47,669 bases of DNA from Thermoplasmata archaeon (GTDB lineage Archaea; Thermoplasmatota; Thermoplasmata; Thermoplasmatales; ARK-15), in the NCBI GenBank assembly GCA_049967255.1, contig JBMFTB010000004.1, positions 1-47,669 of the forward strand, written 5' to 3'. The notes beneath the pieces are model-generated. The model ran no database searches. It saw only the letters and a program-made list of their open reading frames with translations, and was not told where the DNA came from. Positions 1-9,600 of the stretch are shown here, piece after piece. The position numbers and the translations under genes are program-made. Each line of letters opens with the position of its first letter. Position 1 is the stretch's first letter.

Positions 1-238
1 GGAGAAAAAAGTAAAGGGAGAGGACAAATTGCCAATAGCATCGATACGTAGGAATATAAGAATTTCGAAAAAAAGATCGATAGTAGAGAGACCATATGCA
101 GTGATAAAGAGCGTATTTCATGGAGGTCATGTATTAGTAACAACAGTAATCAGAGTACGTGTAAAGGCAATGTTCATGTGTTTAGCGCATAATCTAAACA
201 TTCTTTTGTCAATGCAAAAACGGGGATTGATAGCGTAA
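1..238 (+). mobile_element. IS5-family transposase, C-terminal part (runs off left edge)
   Basis: Frame open from the window edge (EKKVKGEDKLPIAS...). 'KRSIVERPYAVIK...RVRVKAMFMCLAHNL' resembles the C-terminal DDE (R..IE..F) region of archaeal IS5 transposases. Confidence 0.75.
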
Positions 239-401
239 GCTATGAAAAAATCAACGAAAAAACATGAAAAATAATAAAAAGTAAATGAAAAACATAGTAA
301 AAATGGAGCAAATAACTTGTTTTTTATGATTTAAAAATGTTCAATTGTAAAATAGGGAGGTCATGATAAAATTTAATAATGTTTTTAGATATTATCATAA
401 T

Positions 402-824
402 ATGAAATTTTTGCTTGCATTTGATGGATCTTCAGGTTCAGTTGCAGCAGCAGAATTTCTTAAAAAAATATTGAAGGAAGGTGATGATGTCACAGGATTG
501 TACATCATTAATAATATTGAAGTACCCTTTAAAGTAGAACTTTTCGAAGGCACGAGAAACTTTGAGACAGTGGAAAGTTTTATTTTTTATTTAAGGGATC
601 TTTTTAAAGCCATATTTGAGGGAAAGAATTTTAAATTTGCCTACAAAATAGAACAGAAAGAAAACATTTCTAAAATAATATTAAATTTTGCCATAGAAAA
701 TGGTTTTGAAATGATCGTTACAGGCACGAGAAAACTAAAGGGGTTGGAGAAGCTTATTCTAGGGAGTGTTAGCCAGGGGTTAATAACAGAAAGTACTATA
801 CCTGTTCTTGTCGTTCCACCTTAA
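402..824 (+). CDS. Universal stress protein (UspA family)
   Basis: N-terminal 'FLLAFDGSSGS' and C-terminal 'MIVTGTRKLKGLEKLILGSVSQGLI...PVLVVP'. Start moved from 363 to the ATG at 402. Confidence 0.9.
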   Translation: MKFLLAFDGSSGSVAAAEFLKKILKEGDDVTGLYIINNIEVPFKVELFEGTRNFETVESFIFYLRDLFKAIFEGKNFKFAYKIEQKENISKIILNFAIENGFEMIVTGTRKLKGLEKLILGSVSQGLITESTIPVLVVPP

Positions 825-1438
825 ATCAATTTTACCCTCATCCCTTCTATTTTAAATCTTCCAGATTCAATTATTTTTATGGCCTCAATTAAAGCCATAT
901 GTTCGAATGGAAGTATTCTTTCTGCAAGGGTTTCTGGTGTATCATCATCTAAAACTTGAACGCACCTCTGAACTATAATTGGGCCATGGTCAATCTCAGG
1001 TCTTACAAAATGCACTGTACAACCAGAGAATTTGGAACCAGAATTCAATACTGCCTCATGAACATGTTCGCCATAGAATCCCTTGCCACCAAAACATGGA
1101 AGCAGAGCAGGATGTATATTGATTATTCTATCCGGAAATTCGTCTATGAATTTTTTTGTTAAAATTTTAAGATAACCTGCTAGAACTACGAGTTCCACAT
1201 TATAATCCTTCAATATATTCACAATCTCAGAATCGTATGTTTCTGGATCCTTGTTCTTTGATTGTATATAAATTGCAGGAATACCATGGTTTCTGGCCCT
1301 TTCCAACGCAAAAGCATCTTTTTTGTTTGATATAACCACAACTACCTTTGATTTAATATCACCCCTGATCTGGGCATCAATTATTGATTGAAGATTTGTT
1401 CCCCTACCTGAAACAAGAACACCTATATTCATAAGCAT
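821..1438 (-). CDS. purN: Phosphoribosylglycinamide formyltransferase
   Basis: 'VLVSGRGTNLQ', 'LAGYLKIL', 'INIHPALLP', 'GCTVHFV...DHGPII'. Confidence 0.95.
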   Translation of the reverse strand: MLMNIGVLVSGRGTNLQSIIDAQIRGDIKSKVVVVISNKKDAFALERARNHGIPAIYIQSKNKDPETYDSEIVNILKDYNVELVVLAGYLKILTKKFIDEFPDRIINIHPALLPCFGGKGFYGEHVHEAVLNSGSKFSGCTVHFVRPEIDHGPIIVQRCVQVLDDDTPETLAERILPFEHMALIEAIKIIESGRFKIEGMRVKLI

Positions 1439-1452
1439 TAATTTAGTTTTGA

Positions 1453-2460
1453 CTATATATCTTTTCCTACCTGATCTACAAAATTAATTCTGTCTATTGA
1501 ATAAGGATAATAGCTCTTTATGTCCAGTGCAATTTCCATTTCTTCAGGTGTAAGTACCGGTTTTTCATAGAGGAAATTATCATCCATGGCTATCCTAGGA
1601 CAGGCGGTATTGATATATGCATCAAAATTCAAATTCATTAGTTTCTGAGGTGAGATTTCATTCATTAAAATTATGTATGCTTTTTTACCATTATTCTGAA
1701 TTTTTTCTTTAATTTTCTTTGCCAATGATATCCTGTACTGTCCGATTTTTGTTGATACGAGAATACCAACAGTTTTTGAGCCTCTGAAACGCTCTATCTG
1801 TATATATCTTGATTTGAGTATTTTATCCTGTTCAATTTTTGTTATATTTCCTGATACAGGCTCAACTGCATATGTATCCTTATTTGTTGATAAAGCGATT
1901 CCTTCAGCATGAAATTCACCATCGGCTAGAACAATAAAGCAATCAACGTTGTTCTGAATTTTTTCAGCCGCACTAAAATCACAGCCAAGAACCTGACCGG
2001 AATAAAACAGACGGTCATCACCTTTAGAGATTATGGCTTCAATTCCTTTATTATTTAAGATTTCTGAAATATCATTTAATAATGGTACATATTGAACTGT
2101 TGCTAGTAAACCAATCCTTTTGCATTTCAGTTTCTGGATAGATTTTATTAGGTTTTCATTTAAAACAATCTTTCTTTTCAATTCTATGAAAAATGTTTTT
2201 TTAAAATAATTTAAATTTGGTATGGGTGCATGACCAAAATGCAATATGGCATCCACATTTATATTAAAATTATATGTATCACAAGAACCATAAACATTTT
2301 CACCTGAATAGTACGTTATAAAATTTTTTAAATTTTCATCAATTTCCGGAATGAATTGTTTTAAGCCTTCAGGTAATTCGATCAATAATATCTTTGCATT
2401 AATGCTCTTTAAATCCTTTTTTATAGATTCCCAGTCTATTTGAAAATAATCGCTCATCAT
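1453..2460 (-). CDS. dph2: Diphthamide biosynthesis radical-SAM enzyme Dph2
   Basis: 'LPEGLK', 'YGSCD', 'HFGH', 'GQVLGCD', 'TACPRIAMDD' (three Fe-S Cys). Confidence 0.93.
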   Translation of the reverse strand: MMSDYFQIDWESIKKDLKSINAKILLIELPEGLKQFIPEIDENLKNFITYYSGENVYGSCDTYNFNINVDAILHFGHAPIPNLNYFKKTFFIELKRKIVLNENLIKSIQKLKCKRIGLLATVQYVPLLNDISEILNNKGIEAIISKGDDRLFYSGQVLGCDFSAAEKIQNNVDCFIVLADGEFHAEGIALSTNKDTYAVEPVSGNITKIEQDKILKSRYIQIERFRGSKTVGILVSTKIGQYRISLAKKIKEKIQNNGKKAYIILMNEISPQKLMNLNFDAYINTACPRIAMDDNFLYEKPVLTPEEMEIALDIKSYYPYSIDRINFVDQVGKDI

Positions 2461-2611
2461 GCTTTAAAGATAATTTTACATTTCTTATTATTTTTTCTTA
2501 TAACCTTTTTACCTACATATAAAATATTTAAAGAGGCTTTTTAAAAATATTATTGCAAGATTTTCAATTCTTTTGAATAAATACATTACTTTCTAAGTTT
2601 CAAAAAAAAAA

Positions 2612-3415
2612 TTAAAGTGATTTTAATTCATTATAAAGCTGGTTGGAAAGAGCCTGCTGAAATTCTTCTTCGAAAATTTTTCCGTAAAGCTCCTCGAATA
2701 CTTTTTCCCTTTCTGTTTTAATTCTTAATACTATATCCATAATTTTTTGGGCTACATTGTAGTTTATTTCTTCAAGTACATCTGAAAATTTCATTTTTCT
2801 GTTTTTTTCCATATGTATGAACTCTGAATTCTTAATTACTGTTGGCTTTTTATTTAATTTTAGTATATCATCAATTTCCTTTCTTGGGCTAATTGACCTG
2901 TTTTCAAAAGAGAATGGCATAACAAGCACTGGAAAAACAGGAATCATAGGATATCTTGAATTGATAAGTTTTAAGGCTTCTTTTATACCACCTGTACCCA
3001 TTCCACCACCTAGGGCAGCAACAAGGATTATTGCATCTGCTTTTCTCAGATTTATGGATATTTTACCTGTTAAAGAACTGAATATTTCCTCGAAATTATC
3101 ATCTATGAGCTTTTCTCCAACCTCTACGAAACCTTCAGTATCCTGATGTGTTCCAAGAACTGAATTCGTAATAAGTATTGTTTTAACAAATGGATATGAT
3201 TCTAGTTCTAATTCCTGCTTTGTATTAATGTAGACCGTTAGTACATTTGAGAAATCTTCTTGGTCTGGGCCATTTTTGTATATGGAAAGCAATCTTTCAA
3301 AAGACTCAAGGAAATGGGCTCCAGCACCTCCAAAAGCAATGACAGGTATATAGGGGGGATCTAGCCAGTCTTTCATCATTCCTTTGAAAATTTTTCCTTT
3401 TTCATCTTCTATCAT
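2612..3415 (-). CDS. Divergent FtsZ/tubulin-superfamily protein, GTPase N-domain only
   Basis: T1 'AFGGAG', 'INT', T4 'ALGGGMGTGG', T5 'PFSFE'. No T7 loop or C-terminal domain. SD AGGTGAT precedes the ATG at 3415. Confidence 0.8.
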   Translation of the reverse strand: MIEDEKGKIFKGMMKDWLDPPYIPVIAFGGAGAHFLESFERLLSIYKNGPDQEDFSNVLTVYINTKQELELESYPFVKTILITNSVLGTHQDTEGFVEVGEKLIDDNFEEIFSSLTGKISINLRKADAIILVAALGGGMGTGGIKEALKLINSRYPMIPVFPVLVMPFSFENRSISPRKEIDDILKLNKKPTVIKNSEFIHMEKNRKMKFSDVLEEINYNVAQKIMDIVLRIKTEREKVFEELYGKIFEEEFQQALSNQLYNELKSL

Positions 3416-3833
3416 ATGTATCACCTTTTTCCCTTTTTATCCTGCTGGTTGCCCTATCCTTCTGATAGTTTTTATAATTGTCTATTAGCTTGTCAATAGA
3501 AGCATAACCCTGCATCATCGTTGACAATTCCTCGCTTATTTTATTAGTCTGGGCTGCCTTTTCGAGAAAGAAATTTATCGCTTCGTCCAGATTTATGAAT
3601 AAATTCTCTTCCACAAGATCGCTGAAAATGTCTTTTATTCTTTTATTCAGTCTTATTGTTACAAGATCTTCGTCTAATTGCTGCCCTTTTTCCATCATTT
3701 CTAGCTGCTTCATAGTAGCGTATCTGATAAAGTCTGATCTTGTTTTAAATTCTGGGTGTCTAACTAGAAAATCATCTATGTTATCCAACTCCACCTGACT
3801 GATTCTCAAAGATATTTTTGTGTCTGTTTTCAT
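3402..3833 (-). CDS. Ribbon-helix-helix (CopG/Arc/MetJ, CdrS-like) regulator with apparent tandem RHH domains
   Basis: 'KISLRIS...IDDFL...FKTRSDFIRYA' plus a second 'LVTIRLNKRIKDIFSDLVEENLFINLDEAI'. GGAGG SD upstream; overlaps the FtsZ-like gene start. Confidence 0.8.
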   Translation of the reverse strand: MKTDTKISLRISQVELDNIDDFLVRHPEFKTRSDFIRYATMKQLEMMEKGQQLDEDLVTIRLNKRIKDIFSDLVEENLFINLDEAINFFLEKAAQTNKISEELSTMMQGYASIDKLIDNYKNYQKDRATSRIKREKGDTYDRR

Positions 3834-4136
3834 TATTTAACATCCTCCTTGGATAGGACCAGTGGTTCGAGTTGAAGTTATGCTTTTTTTAATATATAAA
3901 AATTTCTACTAAAATACCATATTTAAATTATTATTACTCCTTTATTTTTAATACCTTATTTCTTTTAAATTCTTTATATGAAATATTTTGATTATAAAAC
4001 TATGATAAATCATATGTCATACATTGGAATACATAATAAATATTCCAAAAGGAAACAAAGTATTACCTTCGTATTCCATTTGTTCTACTAATGAGAAAAG
4101 GAAAAATTATATGTTACCTTTGCCTTTATGATTTAA

Positions 4137-4222
4137 GCCGGGGTAGCCGAGCTGGCCAAGGCGCAGGCCTGGAGAGCCTGTTCTCCGAAAGGGGAGCGGG
4201 AGTTCAAATCTCCCCCCCGGCG
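4137..4222 (+). tRNA. tRNA-Ser(GGA)
   Basis: Acceptor GCCGGGG/CCCCGGC, anticodon arm CAGGC-CT-GGA-GA-GCCTG, long variable arm, T-arm GGGAG-TTCAAAT-CTCCC. No encoded CCA. Confidence 0.96.
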
Positions 4223-4363
4223 CTTAAATTAGTGAAAAATATTTAAAATTAAAATTGTTTATACCATATTCCAAAGAAACGTTTTTCAATATTATTCTGT
4301 TTTAGTTCTAAAGTTAGATTAATAATAATAGGGATTGTTTAAAATATTTATTAATAATGTAAG

Positions 4364-4438
4364 TGGGCTTGCCCGGATTTGAACCGGAGTCTTCGGCTCC
4401 CGAAGCCGAAAGGATAGACCAATCTACCCCACAAGCCC
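4364..4438 (-). tRNA. tRNA-Pro(CGG)
   Basis: Reverse complement GGGCTTG...TCGGC-TT-CGG-GA-GCCGA...CCGG-TTCAAAT-CCGG-GCAAGCCC-A. Confidence 0.95.
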
Positions 4439-4459
4439 TAATTTTTGATAATAATAAAT

Positions 4460-6370
4460 TCAAGATAAATTTTCTCTCAGTTCAACAACCATTCCTTTTT
4501 TCAAAGTAAGAGCCTCATCCCTGGAGAAAAATGTCCTGCCAACACCAATTAATTCATCATTTTCATTTACAACCAATGTTTCATCCATCGGTCTCAATTC
4601 CGGATCCATATCAACTATGAACCTGGCAAATACATTTTTACCCTTTCTATTGAATTCTTCACTTTCAGGTGTAACAACAGTCCTGAGCCCAGGGAATTTC
4701 AGGCCATTATGCAAAAGTCTAGCACCCTCTATCTTAAGAGTGAAAAATCCATCATTCCTCATTGAAAGAATATGTTTGCCATTAAGGAAAATATTTCTTA
4801 TCATCCCCGTATTTTTACTCTTTACAATAGTTATTTCTCCATTTAAAAGTACATCTGAGGCACCAAAACCGAACTGATAATCCGCTACAGCTTTTATTCT
4901 CAAAATATCCAGGTTCCTTGTCTCTTGCTCCTGAACAAATTCCTTTTCGCTTGTCAAATTTTCTGGTACATTTTTTAACCATGATATGAGTATATCAAAA
5001 TCAAGCGAATCAACTATTTTTTCAAGATTTTCAATGCAATATGTTTCATTTGGCAATGGTGATTGCACAATTGGATAAATAAAAAGCAATTCATATGGGA
5101 CATAACCGAATGGTGTTTTAACCAGGAAATGTGAATCCAGTGTCTTGATAAACTTCATTGCCCTATCCATGTTTTTCCAGTCAATAACTATGCATGATTT
5201 TCTTTTATACTTATAATTCCTAATTATTCTTTTTTCAAGCGTTGAAACCATGGGTCTTTTTAATGACTCCGCACCTGTATAATAGAATGGGTGTGTCCTG
5301 CTTAGACTTTCAAATTTTTCAAGTTTCTCACCGTATTTATAAAGTTCAAGCAGACCCTGGTAAAGGTATGGATGGGATCTGCACCTTTCTTCAGCATATT
5401 CCCAGATGCTGCCTTCAAAAATTGCACCCTTTACCCTTTCTAATTCTTGAACAGTAACATAAAGGTTGTGCCTTGAAATGATAGAAAATCTTTCATTTTT
5501 ATCCATTTGCTTTATTTCGTCCAGATCATACCTGTCAAGATATGGGCTAGGATATGGCACATATTTTAAATCAGAAAGATATCTTGTACTGTCCGGGAAT
5601 ATTATTCTATCGTCCCTTGCATATTTCACATATGATGATGAATCAAAAAAGTCCATGCCCATTAAAGCGGCAATTGCAAAAATCATTGGATGTCCTGCGC
5701 CAAATAGATGTACTGGTTTACCGTAATCAATGTTCAATTTTGATGGCATTACGATATTAACGATATCCGAATATTTGTAAGATTCAAGTAATGGCACTAC
5801 ACCACCTATCGGGTAATAATCTAGATTTAAGGAGTTCATCAACCTTGCAGATTTTTCCCTTAAATCAGGAAAAAGAGATCCTTGAATGGGTCCTGCAACG
5901 TACGTATCACCCAAGATCTCCCTTGCACACTTAGCCCTTTCATATGTAGCGTTTATTGCATTTTCAGCTTCATTGTAAGAGAATTCGGGTTCGGAGAATA
6001 TGTCAAGTATTGTTGCAATATCAGTTCCCATGTCTTTCTGGAACTTTAAAATCTCAACAGGATCTAAATCAACATCTCCGTAAACGTGGCTTTGAAATGT
6101 TCCAGAATCTGTCATTATAATACCATCAAAGTTCAAGAGTTTATGAAGACCCTCCTTTAATGCCTTTTCCCTTAATAGAGCATCTTTCTTTATGATATAA
6201 GAATTTGTTATCAGTGCATCAATATGGAATTTATTTTTTAATTCATCAGGAGGTATAACAATAATATTTGGGTTTATGACAGGCATGAGTGCAGGTGTTT
6301 CAACCTGCTTACCGTGTACCTCAAACCTGCCTATTCTCGAAAGCCCATCTCTGTGCAAAACCTCAAACAT
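4460..6370 (-). CDS. tgtA: Archaeosine tRNA-guanine(15) transglycosylase with C-terminal PUA domain
   Basis: 'ETPALMPVINP', 'MTDSGTFQ', 'PIGGVVPLLE', 'HLFGAGHP', 'DFFDSSSY', PUA domain at the C-terminus. Confidence 0.95.
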   Translation of the reverse strand: MFEVLHRDGLSRIGRFEVHGKQVETPALMPVINPNIIVIPPDELKNKFHIDALITNSYIIKKDALLREKALKEGLHKLLNFDGIIMTDSGTFQSHVYGDVDLDPVEILKFQKDMGTDIATILDIFSEPEFSYNEAENAINATYERAKCAREILGDTYVAGPIQGSLFPDLREKSARLMNSLNLDYYPIGGVVPLLESYKYSDIVNIVMPSKLNIDYGKPVHLFGAGHPMIFAIAALMGMDFFDSSSYVKYARDDRIIFPDSTRYLSDLKYVPYPSPYLDRYDLDEIKQMDKNERFSIISRHNLYVTVQELERVKGAIFEGSIWEYAEERCRSHPYLYQGLLELYKYGEKLEKFESLSRTHPFYYTGAESLKRPMVSTLEKRIIRNYKYKRKSCIVIDWKNMDRAMKFIKTLDSHFLVKTPFGYVPYELLFIYPIVQSPLPNETYCIENLEKIVDSLDFDILISWLKNVPENLTSEKEFVQEQETRNLDILRIKAVADYQFGFGASDVLLNGEITIVKSKNTGMIRNIFLNGKHILSMRNDGFFTLKIEGARLLHNGLKFPGLRTVVTPESEEFNRKGKNVFARFIVDMDPELRPMDETLVVNENDELIGVGRTFFSRDEALTLKKGMVVELRENLS

Positions 6371-6374
6371 TTTT

Positions 6375-7376
6375 TTATTTGTTAAGAACTTTCTTTAGTT
6401 CCTCTATGAATACTGGTATCACCTCGTGGAGATCACCGACTATGCCAAAATCAGCTATGTTGAAAATGGGTGCATTCGGATCCTTGTTAATAGCCACTAT
6501 GATCTTCGAATCTTTCATACCCACGATATGTTGTATTGTTCCTGATATGCCACATGCTATGTAAAGATCAGGTGAAACTGTTATACCACTCTGGCCCACC
6601 TGTGCGGATTTTGGCATCCAGCCAAGGTCTACAGCAACCCTTGATGCACCAACTGCTCCGCCTAAAAGATCCGCTAACTGTCTCAAAAGTTCAAAACCTT
6701 CCTTCGAACCTACACCTCTCCCACCTGAAACAATTACCTTTGCCTCATCTATCTTTTTAGCACCTGTAACGGTGGTTTTAATAATTTCTTTTATCACTGT
6801 CCTTAAATTTACATTGCTGAAATCTGGTTCTTCCCTGATAATTTCCCCGTTCCTTGATGTATCTGGATCCCTAGCTTTGAAAACATTAGGTCTTACAGTA
6901 GCAATCTGGGGTCTGTGGTTAGGGGTGAAAATTTCACCCATGATATTCCCGCCATAAGCAGGCCTGATCTGGATGAACCTTCCATTCTTTATTGCAAGAT
7001 CCGTGCAGTCTGCTGTCATTCCTGTTTGCAATGATGCAGCTATCCTTGGTCCATACTCCCTTCCCGTATGTGTTGCAGGAATAAGAACGATCTCTGGCTT
7101 AAGCCTGTCTATGAACTTTGCCAGAACTGCACTATAAACCTCAGCAATGTAAGGATCGAACATTTTATTATCTAACACATAAACCTTATCAGCACCGTAA
7201 TAGATTGGTTCCTTTGCCATTTCATTAATGTTGTTTCCTATAAGAACTGTTGAAAGACTTGTGTTAAGTGTATCAGCAAGCTCCCTTGCCTTTGTAATTA
7301 GTTGGAACGTTACAGGCCTAATTTTACCATCATAAATTTCACCAATAACCAGAATACCCTTGTAATCGCTGATCAT
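6375..7376 (-). CDS. etfA: Electron transfer flavoprotein alpha subunit
   Basis: 'IVSGGRG', 'QVGQSG', 'LYIACGISGTIQHIVG', 'AINKDPNAPIF'. Confidence 0.95.
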   Translation of the reverse strand: MISDYKGILVIGEIYDGKIRPVTFQLITKARELADTLNTSLSTVLIGNNINEMAKEPIYYGADKVYVLDNKMFDPYIAEVYSAVLAKFIDRLKPEIVLIPATHTGREYGPRIAASLQTGMTADCTDLAIKNGRFIQIRPAYGGNIMGEIFTPNHRPQIATVRPNVFKARDPDTSRNGEIIREEPDFSNVNLRTVIKEIIKTTVTGAKKIDEAKVIVSGGRGVGSKEGFELLRQLADLLGGAVGASRVAVDLGWMPKSAQVGQSGITVSPDLYIACGISGTIQHIVGMKDSKIIVAINKDPNAPIFNIADFGIVGDLHEVIPVFIEELKKVLNK

Positions 7377-8161
7377 GAGATCACCTTCTTTTCCTTTAAA
7401 ACATCAATGATCTTTTTAACTGCCTCATGGTAATCCCCTGTGAAAATTTCACCCCTAGATCTTTTTGGAGGAGGATACATTTTTAGTACCCTAGTTGGGG
7501 AACCGTTAAGGCCAAACCTGCTTTTATCACCATCTATATCGTCTGCCTTGAACCAGATATATGGCTTGTTCTTTGCTTTAATAATACCACTCATACTTGG
7601 ATTTGAATATTCAAATGTTGTTGGGGGAATGCATGCCAGTAATGCAGGCAATTTTACCTCAACCATTCTATAACCATCTTCCATCAAGCTTTTTACAAGT
7701 GCTTTATCACCATCTATGCTTTCTACCTTTTCAACATAGCTTACGTGTGGCAAACCAAGAAACTGAGCCACCTGTGGACCGATATGTCCAGTATCACCAT
7801 CTGTGGCCTGATTTCCAGCCATTATCAGATCAAATTCGCCTACCTTTTTTATCGCCAGGCTGAGTGCATATGATGTAGCAAGTGTATCAGATCCGCCAAA
7901 CGCACGGTCTGATATGTGGTAAGCCTTGTCTGCACCTAGGGCAAGACATTTCTGCAGTGCTGATTTTGCCTGCTCTGGTGCCAATGTCATCACTGATACT
8001 TCTCCGCCATACTTCTCCCTTATCCTGAGCGCTTCTTCAACAGCAAACTGATCAAAAGCATTCAGTATGCTCTGTAAACCCTCTCTTATCATCACCCCAT
8101 TTTCATTGAACTTAACTTCACTTGTGTCAGGCACCTGTTTCACTAAAACAAGTATTTTCAT
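7373..8161 (-). CDS. etfB: Electron transfer flavoprotein beta subunit
   Basis: 'VKQVPDT', 'GGSDTLAT', 'GNQATDGDTGHIGP'. Start probably the ATG at 8161. Confidence 0.95.
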   Translation of the reverse strand: MKILVLVKQVPDTSEVKFNENGVMIREGLQSILNAFDQFAVEEALRIREKYGGEVSVMTLAPEQAKSALQKCLALGADKAYHISDRAFGGSDTLATSYALSLAIKKVGEFDLIMAGNQATDGDTGHIGPQVAQFLGLPHVSYVEKVESIDGDKALVKSLMEDGYRMVEVKLPALLACIPPTTFEYSNPSMSGIIKAKNKPYIWFKADDIDGDKSRFGLNGSPTRVLKMYPPPKRSRGEIFTGDYHEAVKKIIDVLKEKKVIS

Positions 8162-8175
8162 TAAAACCACCGTTT

Positions 8176-9372
8176 TTACTTGTATGATGTATATTCCTTG
8201 CCGAGCAGTTCCCTTGAAACTATAACACGCATGATTTCCTTGCTACCCTCTGCCCAAGCGAATGACCTTATTGCTCTCCATGCTGCCTGATCAACACATT
8301 CCCTCGTATAACCAAATGCTCCCTGCCATTGCATTACCTCATCTATTGCCTGCGTAGACCACTCACTTGCAAACATTTTTGCCATTGCAATCGCCTTACT
8401 CACTTCAAATCTCGTTGCCTGCTTCTGCCCTTCCCTGTCATATGTCCATAATGCCCAGTAGGATCCAAGCCTTAAGAAACTGAGCTTTGTATAATGCTCG
8501 GCTAGCCTGAATTGTAAAGCCTCAAATTTTGCAAGGGGCATGCCAAATGCATTCCTTTCCTTAAGGTATTTTTCTCCCCTTTCCAGTGATTTAAGGCCTG
8601 CACCAGCACATATTACTGCTATGAGACCCCTAGCATATTCATATCCCTCATGGACTATATAAAAACCTCTTCCCTCCTGACCAACTATGTAATGCTTTGG
8701 AATTGTAACATTATCTATGGTGAATCCACCTGTTGATATACCTTCCCTGCCAAGATCGTCAACATATGTTGGAATTATTCCTTTTGATTGAAGTGGTAGG
8801 TAGAACATTGTCATTCCCTTTGCACCTAGTTCAGGGAACTGTTTGGCTATTGTTATATGACCTCCACCTCTTGTGTATGCTTCTCTAACACCGCTTATAT
8901 ACATCTTCTCTCCATTCACAACATATTTGTCTCCTTCCTTTTTAATTGTTGTTCTTGTTCCTAGAACATCAGACCCTGCATCGGATTCAGTAGTTGCTAT
9001 TCCCAAAAACCATTTCCCTTTTGTAACATTGGGCAATATTTCTTGTTTTGCTTCTTCAGTACCATATTTATCAAAAACATGGCCCCAGGATGCTTGAACA
9101 AGATAAAAAACAGGTATAGAGCCAGTAGGATCTGCCCTTGCAAGCTCTTCAGCAATAATACCCGCAGTAACGGCATCAAAGCCCTGACCACCGTATTTTG
9201 TCGAAACAGTTGGTGCAATAAGGCCAAGATCAGCCATACCCTGAATTACATCTTCAGGAATCTGCTTTGTTTTTTCCATTTCCATTGCGATTGGAGCAAT
9301 CTTTTTTTGTGCAAAATCCCTTACACTTTCCCTTATCATATCCTGTTCTTCTGAAAAGGTAAAATCTAGCAT
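8176..9372 (-). CDS. Acyl-CoA dehydrogenase
   Basis: 'TESDAGSD', 'NGEKMYIS', 'R.AFG.PL..FEALQF.LA', 'GAFGY', 'EGSKEIMR'. Operonic with etfBA. Confidence 0.93.
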   Translation of the reverse strand: MLDFTFSEEQDMIRESVRDFAQKKIAPIAMEMEKTKQIPEDVIQGMADLGLIAPTVSTKYGGQGFDAVTAGIIAEELARADPTGSIPVFYLVQASWGHVFDKYGTEEAKQEILPNVTKGKWFLGIATTESDAGSDVLGTRTTIKKEGDKYVVNGEKMYISGVREAYTRGGGHITIAKQFPELGAKGMTMFYLPLQSKGIIPTYVDDLGREGISTGGFTIDNVTIPKHYIVGQEGRGFYIVHEGYEYARGLIAVICAGAGLKSLERGEKYLKERNAFGMPLAKFEALQFRLAEHYTKLSFLRLGSYWALWTYDREGQKQATRFEVSKAIAMAKMFASEWSTQAIDEVMQWQGAFGYTRECVDQAAWRAIRSFAWAEGSKEIMRVIVSRELLGKEYTSYK

Positions 9373-9600
9373 TGTATCACCTTGAATGGTAAATGGATTA
9401 GTTTATTTAATAGTTTCTTGGAAAAATTCGTAAAAAAATTTTATATTTTCGTCTAGAAAGAGACAATTCCATTGCTTAAACATCTGATATTTACTGATTA
9501 TATAAAATCATGAATTCCCCTGAATAACCTGAGGTAACTGGCTCATAAAAGATTTATATATAAATATAAAAAAATAAATAGTTTATGCCATGAAAAGATT

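Noticed and set aside
239-362. Right terminal inverted repeat of the IS5 element
   Set aside because: The left end is outside the window, so the IR cannot be defined.
9480-9545. Several CTGA motifs and a 12-codon minus-strand ORF suggesting a C/D box sRNA or leader peptide
   Set aside because: No RTGATGA C box, no terminal stem, and the ORF is too short to support.
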